Translations under genes and position numbers: made by a program | Shown: piece by piece, positions 39,901-48,830 of the stretch | How the letters are laid out: each line of letters begins with the position of its first letter | Position numbering within the stretch: position 1 is the first letter of the stretch | Notes under the pieces: model-generated | Seen by the model: the letters and a program-made list of their open reading frames with translations, nothing else | Database searches by the model: none | Told to the model about the DNA's origin: nothing | DNA from: Phoronis australis | Taxonomy: Eukaryota > Animalia > Phoronida | Reading direction: 5' to 3' | Assembly: GCA_002633005.1 (NCBI GenBank) | Contig: NMRA01000200.1 | Coordinates: 592,527 to 656,526, forward strand | Length of the DNA stretch: 64,000 nt

Positions 39901-42900
39901 TTATTATATATTGCCTGAGAGGGTGTCACAATTAAGAAAAAGCTAAACAAATGTTTTTTATCCCCATCCTCTTGTCACCTGAGTTTCACAGATTTTGAAT
40001 TTAGCATTCAGATAAAGGGCAAAACGGCCCTGGCTTTTTCACTTTTGCATGAAGGTTTTGAAAACAATATACACAAAATCATTAAAGTTTGTTTCATACC
40101 TGCAAAAATTTTTTCATCTTTATTGGCTAACTGCTTCAAGTTTCATAAGTTGCAAGCAAAATACGTCTGTTAGCTAAAGTTAAAATTCTAAGGGCTGTTA
40201 CTGTGAATTATGAAACTGATGCACAACAGAATCAATTGGCAGAGGGAAAAACGAAAAAATAAAGTTCACTTATCCCTCATATTGAAGCCTAAATTGGAGA
40301 GATTTACAGTAGCAATGTTCACACTGCCATTATCTGGTGTCACAATGACCTACATACATGATCAATGAGGGCTTCACTTGAGCAGAAAGGTACACACTCA
40401 TCAAGACAGGGACTGTTCCATGTATAGTATGTTGTAAATGATAAGACCAAAAATAGCTTGCACTTTTACAACTTAATAATTTCTGCATCATTTCAGGCAT
40501 CACAAGTTACATGCTAAAAAGACAAATGAAACATAGCAAGGTAAGAGTTCACAATGACTGAAAGTATGAACAGGTGTCCTGGATACAAGAAGCGATATAT
40601 CACTATCTTCACTATAAAACAGACATAAAACTATAATGAACACAGTAAACTCTACAACAATTCATTACAACACTCTGATCCAGAATAGGTGGGTACAGTA
40701 AACTCTACAACCATTCATTACAACACTCTGATCCAGAACAGATGGGTACAGTAAACTCTATAAACATTCATTAACCAATCTGATCCAGAATAGGTGGGTA
40801 CAGTAATCTCTACAACCATTAATTACAACACTCTGATCCAGAATAGGTGGGTACAGTAATCTCTACAACCATTCATTACAACACTCTGATCCAGAATAGG
40901 TGGGTACAGTAATCTCTACAACCATTCATTCCAACAATCTGATCCAGAACAGAGGAGGCAGTTTCAAAATGCAACATGTGCAACACATCGCAAATGGTAT
41001 GTTTCTAAAGGTTAATGACACAAAATCAGTGCGACCCATCCCAAAATGGGAACGTATCATAGTCTCCTATTTGCCTCATATCATGAATTTCTGTCAAAGA
41101 ACTCCAAAGGTAGAAGCAAACGCAAACAATGCCACCAGAAAGAACAGTGTGAGTTAGATATGCCCATAATCAGCCTTCATCTGTTGTCACTTGCCAAATT
41201 TCACAAAGATCCAAGAGGTTTACAACACACAGCCGTGGATGCAAAAAATCGCCACTAATGGGTGTTGATACAAAAAATGCCACAATGGGCACCAAAGTAG
41301 TCATTCTCTTACAAAAATGAATGTCATCCAAGAAAAAAGAAACACATATGAAAATTTTGATCCTTCCAGCGGTTAGGCAGATTAAGAGGCGGATGTCAAG
41401 ATAACACCCTTATTATAAACAATGAAAATGGTGACTACGTGGTCCAGAATATGTTGAATCTGTCGTTGTCTCTTTCACAGAAACCTATCTTGGTTCTCCC
41501 CATTCCAATAGTGCACGCCTGACCCTGGATAATGGTAGGTCACCTTTTTGGGGTGTGCTAAATTAGCCAGTACATAAAAATCTCACCAATTTAGGACACA
41601 ATATGGCATACAGGTGTAACTTAGTTTCTCTCTTTTTTCATAAATGATATGTTGTATCAAACTTGTACATAGCCATATTCAAGTTCTTTACCACAGTTAC
41701 CAATGGACAATGTTTTGAAAAATTGTTGATGTTCACAACTATGTTAGAAGACTTTGAAAACTGAAAAGTGTGATTTTGACAATCATCTTTGTCTGCAATT
41801 GGTGAGATACTATTGTAAATTCAAGCTGATTCTATACACCTACTTCTTAAACAAAATATCACAGGTAACATACATTACTGTAGAACAATACTTGACCTCA
41901 AATCTACTAAAATTTGTGCTTGAAAATTTGTTGAAAATATTGAAAGCATACAAAATCTCAGGTAGAGTTACTTCCAGACACTTTTATAATGAAATTCAGA
42001 AGTGCCCCAGATATATTGCTTCAGGCTTATGGACACTCAGTGAATAGCTTACTGGTCATAGCCACACAGGGAACATAGGAGCACCCGGTTAGGAAACAGG
42101 TGAGACCTATCAAAGGTCATGCCTCAGACAGGTGTGACCAGAGGCACTTGTACCATACATACTTTTTACACCCCATGACTACATGACAAGTCAACTCCAG
42201 TCCAGCAAGGCTAACAGCCTATATAATCTCGTATTTCATATAAACCAAATAACTTTTTAGTTTACTTGACCTCTAATAATTGATAAAGATTTGTCACATT
42301 CTAAATCATGCAGGCAGCAGAGATGTCTGACCACCATTACTCAACAGAACACTGCAGAATTATAAGAACACTACAAACAAATTTTCTCCCATTTCTTACC
42401 ATTGCATAGTATTACTAAAAATGGTTACCCTGTTAGTTTTGGTAAAGCTATATTATCAAAGGAAGAACATGATTGAACATGAAGTTTCACCCTACAATAC
42501 CCACATTGTTTAGGGACATATTGCTGACATATTACAGCTTGTCTAAAGATTAAACCCTAAGAGATATGTGGGAAACTTGGAATTCCCTTAAATCAAAAAT
42601 GACCTGTCTCAGTGTTCAGCAACCCATGGAAATAACTTTGACAATATTAGCAATTGACTAACAAAGGACTATTCAGTAAGTGTGTTGGAGCCTGCAGAAT
42701 ACATGAGCTTCATAACAAATAAACCTCATTATCAGACTTGTGTTCAGCCCAACAATGGCCATCAGAAAACTTCAAACAGGATTTCACAAAAATCTGGACT
42801 GTACTCAGAATGACTGGGGCCATGCTTGACTACAATAAGACATGTAAATACACACAACAATAGTAGTACAAACTAAAAGTATTCAGTAGACCAATATGAA

Positions 42901-45900
42901 TGAAATACATGCTCTGAGCTATGCCAAAAATGAAAAGTATCTAAACATTATAAACAAATTTAAACTAAAGTGCATACTGTCATTTTTATTTCAAAAGTGG
43001 TTTTATAAGGCAAACATCAAAGAAGCATCAACACTAAACAAAACGTTGACCTTAAAGTTGCAGATCCGAGTTTGGCGAATAAGACGATAAAATCTAAATT
43101 AAACAGTTTTTTGCATGTTATATGTCGAAACGAATCTGGGTACAAAAATCGCTGAAAAATTCCAAGTCTCCAGAAACATAAGGAACATTGCTAACTGAAT
43201 TCAATGACCTCAACATACTTGTGGAAACAAACAAACCTTATGAAAACTTGCAGTAAAATTTTGTCTAGTTTCATTTCCTAACAATGCAAAACCAATCAAA
43301 AATGGTAAAAAGGAAGGTTCATCAATTTAAAGGGGCAATAAACCGTGCCTTCTGATAACACCCAACTTTTTATTTAGGACACTCAATGTTACAAAATTGG
43401 TTCTTTACTCAGATTAGAAATTGTATCTCTAGACATGAGAAGACCAGACAGGTTTGTGTTACTCACTAGGTTGCATGTCAAGGCAGGATAGTTTTTGTTG
43501 CTAAGACAGTATGGCCGACAGAGGAATTTCACTTCAAGTTCAATTCAAACAAAGGATAACAAAGGATGAGGGTGGTATGGAAGAGTAAATATGTCTGTGA
43601 AGAAGGCTGGTGTTATGGCACCAGATCATGTTTGACAGTGGCTTTAGGTTGAGTTAAAAAGAAATGTTTCCTGCCGATGAATCCAGAAATGTCTGGAAGT
43701 TCGTTCATGTGTAAAGGTGAACAAAAAATGAAGCCCAAGGAATCGCACTATTTGTTTACAGCACACTCAGACACTTATTACCAGGTTAAATTGTCATATG
43801 AAGCCATGCACATTTTCAAAACAGTGAAATGTGTAAATTATGTGACCTATAATCAACAGGTGTATCCAACTAGAAACACTTAACAGTAATGCACTGGTTT
43901 ACATGTGGCATCTTTTCAGACCATGCTGGTAAATTGTACTCAGCTAAGAAAACAGAGCATACAAAGGGTTGTATTTAGATTTTGGGGATAGTTTCAATGA
44001 TGTTTTGTTACTCTGGCCCAATAGCTGCACCACACATGTAGATCAAGGCCAAGTTGCTAACACCTCTTGTCTACCTGTGTATGCAATGCCAAGTCCTCAA
44101 TTTTCTTATTTCTACAACAGACTTCTCTGGGCATACTTTAGGATTATCAGTCTTCATGAAGATTTATTTTTATTTTCACAAGCACCCTTATTTTTATTTT
44201 GTATCACTTAACATATTTTTGTTTACTGTGTACAAACTAATTTCATAAATAAGAATTTAACAAAATATAACATCTTTTGAATAAATTGAGTTGCGAGATT
44301 TTCTTGGGACAGGGTTATTGTGTTATCTGCAATATAGTGTTTCTGAAAAGATAACTCTATATGGGACATAACCAGATATAATGTTGACCCAAATGTGCAT
44401 CTATGAATGAATTCATACAATGCGTGGTTGACTCTCGTTTTGAGTTGTGTCAAATATTTTGCAATATATGAGAATGTTTTGGTAAGACAAAGAATCAAAA
44501 AGATTGCAAAGCCAAAAGCAGTCTTCAGAAGACAATCACCAGTGTTTTGAGCCTTTAACTGAGGGCAGCCCACACCCACCAGCATCAAAGAAGGCCAACT
44601 AGTGCTGGATGAATGTCTGCCTCAGGATAGTAGGGGGCTTGTAATTCTGTTAATAGAACTAAAGGTGACTACAAAATTAAGGAAACACTTTCAGCAGAAA
44701 TGTGCCCTTCTCTGAGTAAAGAATCTAAAATTGAGAAAACTTCATTTCCCAGAGAAAGTTTCAGGGTTTCACACTGAATGAATTTTAGTGAATAAATGAA
44801 AAATCTCATTTACACAACATTTGGACAGCACATGTTTTAAGACTCAAATCACCATCTGTACTCTTGAGTTCCGAATAGCCTCTTTTTCCAGTCTATACGA
44901 AGATTATTTGGATCTCTACATTTATTAACTATAGATGTTTTTTCCGTTCCTCCACAATTATTTAGTCAAGATGAAATTCTGAGTTGGCTGTTTCTTACTC
45001 ATTTCTTGAACACAATTTTTTTACTCAAAATTTTTTGAACACCGAGTTTCGAACCCTGGTAACCTGAGTGAGAACTCACAGTCCTAACCACTAGACAACG
45101 AGACACTCCTAACAAATTAACAATTTTAAGGATTGTATACGATTCCACGGGTACACACGGAAGACACTTGTAATAACATGCACATGAAAAGGATTTTATT
45201 CGTTAAGTATACCACTGCACATTTCAAAGCTTAAATAATCAGACTCCCAAGTATGTATTCTCATTAGTAGCAACAAATGTATCATATGTATACCTCATTG
45301 CCCAATGAAAAGTTGTAAGTTATAAGACTTGTCAGCTGAGTCATGCACGAGCCATGCCAGTTTGCTTCCGTCGTGAACACTTTACATTTTACGCAAATAT
45401 GTAATCAATATTATTATTATTCCAGTCTGTACTACTTTTAAAGTCCCACAAAGTTGACATATATACCATTGATTCCATTCTATACTATTTTTTTCGCAAA
45501 TTTCCGGTCTATACTATTATTCTACTCTTCTAGTGGCAAAAATGTTGAGTCTATTTTATTAGAGTCTCTACTATTATTAGAGATCTTGAAAATTTACGGT
45601 CTATACGATTATTGCTGTCTCTACAACTACTTGGAACTTGAGAGTACACATTCTAAGTGCATACAGTGTCAGACCACACTGTAAACACACTGCTGCAGCG
45701 TGATTTTAGACACATCATTTGAATGTTTCTAAAGAACACCAATTGAAGGGCAAGTTCAGGCAAATATTATACGGTAGACAGGGCAAGCAAGAACAAAATT
45801 AGATATGAGAAGCAGGCCAACTAATAGGGGAGCCCTCGAGCACTGTCAATAGCATTGAGATCACTTGTTCCATGAAGCTCTGTCTGTTGAGTCCTTACCA

Positions 45901-48445
45901 TTAATTTGCGGAATTTTCATTCAAGCCATGTATTAGAAACATGAATGGAAAATTCAGACATTGAATATGTTCAAAACCCTTGCAAGGATTGTCGACACAC
46001 AGGAGCAACTGACCAACTATAATTTTTGGCAAAAGACTACTTCTAGTCATAATTTGTGTGAACCCATACAGCCGTTTGATTCACTCATTCTACGCAACAT
46101 AATCGCCTCCGATTATCAAACCCCACCACCATACACTTTCCTGTTGTCCCTTTATGGGAGCATAAAGAATAGTTTGAGATCACAAAGATATCTGAATATT
46201 ACAGGTGTAAGCACAAAGGTAAACAGCACATTGTTAACAAAACAGATGTATTTTCTGGTTAGTAACCCACTATGTTTGAATAAGGACAGTGCATTGTTCT
46301 TTATTGTACTCATAATGTATGGTTCACACTGCATATATATATGAACACACAAACAATGTCCAGACCATGTTATAGCTAGCTGTAACATTAAGTGCACATT
46401 AAATGGTTCCCATACTATAAATTTGTTTTAATCTACAATTACGCATATCTATAGTGCAAAAATATTAACTTGTGTTAACTTTGCAAAGTAAATCTGACTA
46501 GTGAAGAGTGCTTGAACTCGTGAGAGTTTGCTGAAATTCTATAAGTAGAGTCTACCATAGAATGTGTGTGGTAAGACCTTGGGTAATATAGAGACAGGGC
46601 CAAGGCACTACTGTGGCATGTGACATAAGAACACATTCAGGAGTTCATTTTGGACAGGAAGGAAAGCCCTCAAGTCATGCATGTGCCGTCTTTGTGACAG
46701 AGAGCTATATAGGTGATAGTGATAAATGACGGATATCTGTAAATGTTTAAATGTCACAGAATGAAAGTCAACACAGGCACTGAATGTCACTAAATACATC
46801 TCTAAAAGATAAACTACAAATACAACTTAGATGTGATTGGTTGTATCTCTGACTGACTATCTGCGCTGTGTCAAAACTCACAGATGTTCAGACACAAAGT
46901 CCCTAGGGCAATTAACAGCATAGATCTGATAACTATTAATTACGCCTATTGACTTTCATTTGGCAAAACACATCCCTTGGTGAATTATGAACTTTGGAGG
47001 GTCAAATGTAAGACTGCATGAAGCCCAGACAAAATTATTCTTCTTTGCTTCAGTGAATTACAACCAGTTATTGACTCAGAAAAATCAAATACGGTAAGAG
47101 TTTTAGATCTTCAACAAAAGATTGAAATAAACTGTGGCCCATGATATATTTTGACAACATGATAAATACACTATAATGCAATAACAAAATTGTGTTAATC
47201 ACGCATGACAAAAACTTCTGTTAAATTCAAATTTTTGAGTTCTTATTTATACCATCAGTCCATTGAAGAATTATTTAATTTGTACACCCACTGATACCAT
47301 TCAGGGAAACGGGATATGTTAGCTCTCCCGGAGAGCCTGTTTTCAACCAGTACATATTTTATTTACACAACTTAGGGGGTTTAATTCCAGAAGCCATCAA
47401 TCAGTTGACATAGTCTGGGACAAAAGTGACTCAGAATGCAACTGGAAGGATAAAAATAAAATGAATTGAATAACCAAACAATGAGCAAGACGTTTCAAAT
47501 TCTTATAGTTGAATGTTTAGAAATATGAATGAGACAACAGAGTTCTCCACGAGTCAAAATGAAATGAGAGTAGAACAGCAGCTGAGTGTGAAAGTATGGG
47601 AGGGGGTGTCTTTGGGGGTATAACCTACAAAATTTTGGAAATAAAAAGCTCAGCTCCTACAGTTTGGAGAAATATTGTTTCGCTAATCGAGATGTATGAA
47701 AGACTAAGCAATAGCAGGTGTTGCACAAAAGTATATGTATACTTATAGGGAGGGATATTTGAGGTTGTATACATTTGCTAAATAAATTTAAAGAGGTTGC
47801 AAAAGAGGAAGGAGGAATTCAAGGAGTGTGCAAAGTCAACCCCTGACATCAAAAGAGGGTACAGCACCCTTTTAGAACATGTCATGAAGAACATAGTGGT
47901 ACATTGCTAAAACACATATGGGGAGAGTGATTATCAGTTCTGTGATCAGGCACTAGTCAAAAGGCAAAGTACATATAAATACACATAAAAATAACTCATC
48001 AGTCATTACCTAAGACAACAGCATCCGTGTGTTCGATGTTGTTCAGCGTTATTCTCATCAGACTGGAGTTCAGCTTCAGTTCACCATGTCCGTTGCTTGA
48101 GAGTAAAAATATTCTTGTGTCATTTGGGTTAACTTGACTTTCACAAATTTTCGGATCTCCAAAACCATCGACCATTACCATGCGATTATGTGTTACTGGG
48201 TCACTTTTCTCAGCTTGAATGGTTATCACGTTTGATCCTTTAATAACCCGCTTGATTTCTACTTCACCTTTATACATGTAAGGGGTCTTCTCGTCTGGGT
48301 ACAGATCCCGTACAGTCCCCGTGATAACGACGTTGGCTTGTTGTTCTCGTTTCTCCAAAGCTTTCTCGTGGCAATTAGTGCTCAGTGTGAGAACAAGATG
48401 AACAGCACACAGGAGAAAAATTGTAACTTGCCGCGTTAACGTCAT
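683..48445 (-). CDS. AGRN: Agrin orthologue, multi-exon gene span (29 coding exons in window; final LG3 exon(s) lie left of the window)
   Basis: Domain order NtA-FS1..8-LE-LE-FS9-S/T-LG-EGF-LG-EGF-LG is diagnostic of agrin. All exons have AG acceptors and GT donors with matching phases; summed length 4925 nt ends in phase 2 as expected. Confidence 0.96.
1095..1529. repeat. 88-bp tandem repeat (about 5 units) made of exon 28 3' end + donor + intron start
   Basis: ctcacc (reverse-complement donor) at 1123, 1211, 1299, 1387, 1475, spaced exactly 88 bp. Confidence 0.95.
1480..1561 (-). CDS. AGRN: Agrin exon 28: LG3 start (ends at z/B-site equivalent)
   Basis: [27 protein letters not shown], comparable to vertebrate FDGRTYIEYLN; tag/gtgagc; phase 1-2. 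Confidence 0.9.
1768..1954 (-). CDS. AGRN: Agrin exon 27: LG2 end + EGF-like
   Basis: FYING...[36 protein letters not shown]; phase 0-1. Confidence 0.92.
2131..2345 (+). mobile_element. Degenerate tRNA-derived SINE
   Basis: A-box-like gtcagtggtgag, B-box-like gaattcaatccc, then ccttgagcactgcacttaac...aaatgggta...ggactagcattacgtccag core resembling widespread marine-invertebrate SINEs (from recall). Confidence 0.55.
2407..2523 (-). CDS. AGRN: Agrin exon 26: LG2 part 4
   Basis: [16 protein letters not shown]...TGFHGAIQR; phase 0-0. Confidence 0.9.
3061..3169 (-). CDS. AGRN: Agrin exon 25: LG2 part 3 (ends at y/A-site equivalent)
   Basis: [18 protein letters not shown]...LGESK|gtcagt; phase 2-0. 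Confidence 0.9.
3290..3505. repeat. Degenerate minisatellite
   Basis: Recurrent acaacacatgttcaaggaaaatgaacatga. Confidence 0.65.
3692..3809 (-). CDS. AGRN: Agrin exon 24: LG2 part 2
   Basis: [39 protein letters not shown]; phase 1-2. Confidence 0.92.
4219..4341 (-). CDS. AGRN: Agrin exon 23: LG2 part 1
   Basis: [11 protein letters not shown]...[13 protein letters not shown]; phase 1-1. Confidence 0.92.
4843..4977 (-). CDS. AGRN: Agrin exon 22: EGF-like
   Basis: [34 protein letters not shown]; phase 1-1. Confidence 0.92.
5424..5557 (-). CDS. AGRN: Agrin exon 21: LG1 part 3
   Basis: [19 protein letters not shown]...; phase 2-1. Confidence 0.88.
6194..6409 (-). CDS. AGRN: Agrin exon 20: LG1 part 2
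   Basis: Hand translation [13 protein letters not shown]...[10 protein letters not shown]...[12 protein letters not shown]; phase 2-2. Confidence 0.9.
6768..6915. repeat. 20-bp minisatellite (~7 copies)
   Basis: attcaagcttggtcaatatt repeated. Confidence 0.8.
7610..7802 (-). CDS. AGRN: Agrin exon 19: LG1 part 1
   Basis: [10 protein letters not shown]...PDGLLMYCG...[14 protein letters not shown]; phase 1-2. Confidence 0.92.
8050..8095 (-). CDS. AGRN: Agrin exon 18: 46-nt Thr-rich small exon
   Basis: tag|ACAACG...ACAG|gttagt encodes [15 protein letters not shown]; needed to bridge phase 0 (exon 17) to phase 1 (exon 19). Confidence 0.8.
8415..8644 (-). CDS. AGRN: Agrin exon 17: S/T/P-rich region with (PEPAT)n repeat
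   Basis: cag|GCTCG...CGG|gttagt; five 15-bp repeats encode ATPEP; phase 1-0. Confidence 0.8.
9142..9725. mobile_element. Long palindromic MITE-like element (~270-bp arms, ~37-bp spacer)
   Basis: ttaggaggctgtcgatgtcattaattcc at 9286 pairs with ggaattaatgacatcgacagcctcctaa at 9542; centre aacactgc...gcagtgtt at 9401-9453. Confidence 0.85.
10385..10522. repeat. 24-bp minisatellite (~6 copies)
   Basis: aaatgtttggtgtgctcgaagtgt repeated. Confidence 0.85.
10731..10961 (-). CDS. AGRN: Agrin exon 16: FS9
   Basis: [14 protein letters not shown]...[26 protein letters not shown]...GPCR; tag/gtatga; phase 1-1. Confidence 0.92.
11193..11333 (-). CDS. AGRN: Agrin exon 15: laminin-EGF 2
   Basis: [23 protein letters not shown]...; phase 1-1. 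Confidence 0.93.
11345..11610. repeat. ~25-bp degenerate minisatellite abutting exon 15 acceptor
   Basis: atatgaacaacatgtacatggtgct repeated. Confidence 0.75.
11765..12050. repeat. Degenerate ~61-70-bp tandem repeat overlapping exon 14 3' end/donor
   Basis: actacttacctaaacatccagagttaccatcct is echoed at ~11819, 11880, 11950. Confidence 0.75.
12022..12183 (-). CDS. AGRN: Agrin exon 14: laminin-EGF 1
   Basis: [15 protein letters not shown]...[21 protein letters not shown]...NSGCL; phase 1-1. Confidence 0.93.
12600..13400. repeat. 33-34-bp minisatellite, degeneracy increasing away from exon 13 donor
   Basis: ctcaacactggacacaactcatgaacaacccttg repeated more than 12 times. Confidence 0.85.
13408..13641 (-). 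CDS. AGRN: Agrin exon 13: Cys-rich module + GCCPDG linker
   Basis: [12 protein letters not shown]...[56 protein letters not shown]; cag/gtaagg; phase 1-1. Confidence 0.9.
13830..14750. mobile_element. Dispersed repeat, homologous to 37790-38500 + 39324-39480
   Basis: Shared collinear blocks tgattttcaaaacagta, aaagtaacaggcatgt, gctgacctattttt, attcatatgg. Confidence 0.65.
14819..14931 (-). CDS. AGRN: Agrin exon 12: FS8 C-half
   Basis: [16 protein letters not shown]...MDNCD; phase 2-1. Confidence 0.9.
15647..15764 (-). CDS. AGRN: Agrin exon 11: FS8 N-half
   Basis: [20 protein letters not shown]...[10 protein letters not shown]; tag/gtaagg; phase 1-2. Confidence 0.9.
16178..16852 (+). mobile_element. 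Non-autonomous Helentron/HINE (DINE-1-like) element
   Basis: Starts aacaagag; (gacc/gaca)n tract near the 3' end; perfect 20-bp palindrome cccacatatgcatatgtggg (16826-16845) then cataa. Confidence 0.5.
16980..17355. repeat. Highly degenerate ~42-bp tandem repeat (similar units at 17850-17985)
   Basis: gtgttcatgttgg..gtgaactgttctct.cacat motif recurs. Confidence 0.55.
17409..17566. mobile_element. hAT-type MITE
   Basis: TIR cagcgttcg/cgaacactg; 8-bp TSD gtcatgag/gttatgag (1 mismatch). Confidence 0.7.
18040..18261 (-). CDS. AGRN: Agrin exon 10: FS7 + glycosaminoglycan attachment motif
   Basis: [14 protein letters not shown]...[10 protein letters not shown]; cag/gtaggc; phase 1-1. Confidence 0.92.
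18581..18695 (-). CDS. AGRN: Agrin exon 9: FS6 C-half (absent from ORF track)
   Basis: Hand translation [38 protein letters not shown]; cag/gtgagt; phase 0-1. Confidence 0.9.
18995..19170. repeat. 33-bp minisatellite (~5 copies)
   Basis: accacactgagacaatcaacacactgtttgtgt repeated. Confidence 0.75.
19435..19620. repeat. Dispersed repeat, second copy at ~44475-44640
   Basis: Shared gtaagacaaa.aatcaaaaagatt...agtcttcagaaga...gggcagcccacacccaccagca...ccaactagtgctggat. Confidence 0.75.
20187..20278 (-). CDS. AGRN: Agrin exon 8: FS6 N-half
   Basis: [14 protein letters not shown]...CVCRSTCTF; tag/gtaagt; phase 1-0. Confidence 0.9.
21783..27815. repeat. ~800-bp unit tandem array (at least 8 units, contains assembly gap) in agrin intron 7
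   Basis: Marker gg(g/t)atgacat recurs at ~22251, 22868, 23628, 24449, 25244, 26040, 26834, 27651; each unit has a poly-G run and (tacaa)n, and most carry (tagttg)n. Confidence 0.95.
22302..27741 (-). other. AGRN: Eight candidate agrin cassette mini-exons with GC donors: 27700-27741, 26885-26938, 26091-26138, 25295-25342, 24499-24552, 23678-23731, 22919-22966, 22302-22334
   Basis: Each reads ttcttt(c/t)cag|GTTTTCC...GAAG|gcaagc (one copy GAAT|gcaagc); lengths 42,54,48,48,54,54,48,33 nt; no stops; phase 1-1 like the host intron. Splicing not demonstrated. Confidence 0.6.
28967..29069 (-). CDS. AGRN: Agrin exon 7: FS5 C-half
   Basis: [13 protein letters not shown]...YQGAC; tag/gtacgt; phase 0-1. 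Confidence 0.9.
29150..29420 (-). mobile_element. Degenerate SINE, probably same family as 2131-2345
   Basis: actccacctgaacggcaagctggtacatcacagtta is an approximate reverse complement of the same core. Confidence 0.4.
29907..30016 (-). CDS. AGRN: Agrin exon 6: FS5 N-half
   Basis: [17 protein letters not shown]...[10 protein letters not shown]; phase 1-0. Confidence 0.9.
30611..30823 (-). CDS. AGRN: Agrin exon 5: FS4
   Basis: [14 protein letters not shown]...[14 protein letters not shown]; cag/gtgagt; phase 1-1. Confidence 0.92.
31461..31881. mobile_element. Tc1/mariner (pogo/Tigger-like) MITE
   Basis: Imperfect TIR ttccataaataagccca / tgggcttatctacggaa; TA flanks; internal aaataaacacccgggtgttttatt repeats. 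Confidence 0.55.
32004..32222 (-). CDS. AGRN: Agrin exon 4: FS3
   Basis: [14 protein letters not shown]...[14 protein letters not shown]; cag/gtaagt; phase 1-1. Confidence 0.92.
33424..34388. mobile_element. Non-autonomous DNA transposon with CAGTGGC termini and 5-bp TSD
   Basis: TIR cagtggcagat / atccgccaatg; TSD agatc at 33419-33423 and 34389-34393. Confidence 0.7.
34837..35073 (-). CDS. AGRN: Agrin exon 3: FS2
   Basis: [14 protein letters not shown]...[15 protein letters not shown]; cag/gtaagt; phase 1-1. Confidence 0.92.
36159..36407 (-). CDS. AGRN: Agrin exon 2: FS1 (Kazal)
   Basis: cag|ATAAG...TGTA|gtaagt; [13 protein letters not shown]...[15 protein letters not shown]; phase 1-1. 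Confidence 0.93.
38506..39323. mobile_element. Non-autonomous DNA transposon with CAGGG termini and 5-bp TSD, nested in an older repeat
   Basis: Perfect 12-bp TIR cagggctcgaca/tgtcgagccctg; TSD catac at 38501-38505 and 39324-39328; subterminal ggtcgca repeats. Confidence 0.8.
39545..39865 (+). mobile_element. Possible 3' remnant of a CR1/L2-type LINE
   Basis: Decayed HPYN...NFGS..F.FEG.K.W-like sequence and (aaatc)n tail; weak. Confidence 0.3.
40642..40952. repeat. 53-bp minisatellite (6 copies)
   Basis: acagta at 40642, 40695, 40748, 40800, 40853, 40906; near-identical units, no spacers. Confidence 0.92.
45036..45107 (-). pseudogene. tRNA-Glu(CTC)-like pseudogene or SINE head
   Basis: Reverse strand gtctagtggttaggact...tctcac...gggttcgaa matches tRNA-Glu D arm, anticodon region and B box, but acceptor and anticodon stems are broken. 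Confidence 0.5.
48010..48445 (-). CDS. AGRN: Agrin exon 1: signal peptide + NtA (laminin-binding) domain
   Basis: [45 protein letters not shown]...[16 protein letters not shown]...DTRIFL...[12 protein letters not shown]; donor G|gtaatg, phase 1. Confidence 0.93.
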
Positions 48446-48830
48446 CCTAACGGGACAATTAACCTGAGACTACCTAAGAGTAAAAAATGTGACCTGTTCG
48501 GGACGGAGTCTGGAGAAACAATCAGCAACGCTACGTTCGTCTTTAATCACCTCACGCCAGTGAATATTACCGTTATTCTGAACGACAGGTTGGGCGCATC
48601 AACAGGTGTTATCAGTGAACCTCATCAAATCAAAACAGTCTTTACACGTCCCGGCCATGTAAAATACCCTCCACGCAGTCTCAAGAATATACGGAGAATG
48701 GCCTCTATACAACTTGGGACGGTCCCGTTGACGGGAAACAACGGAAACGAACGAAGGTGCGTCCCGTTGAATGGACATATATGATTGGTCGCTGAACTCC
48801 ACTATCAAAGTTGATACCTCCAATAGCTAA
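48446..48830 (-). promoter_or_regulatory. Putative agrin 5'UTR/promoter region
   Basis: Locally CpG-rich; CCAAT box (attgg ~48784); GTCCCG(TT) motif recurs at ~48449, 48499, 48722, 48761. A 5'UTR acceptor near 48474 is possible. Confidence 0.4.

Noticed and set aside
40642-40952. CRISPR-like periodicity (also 1095-1529)
   Set aside because: Units are contiguous near-identical copies with no unique spacers, in a eukaryotic intron with no cas genes.
45036-45107. Functional tRNA-Glu gene
   Set aside because: Acceptor and anticodon stems do not pair properly.
36408-48009. Alternative transmembrane (SN-agrin-like) first exon in intron 1
   Set aside because: Hydrophobic stretches near 37100-37190 and 41090-41300 hit stops and lack a phase-1 donor. 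None is supportable by eye, though one cannot be excluded.
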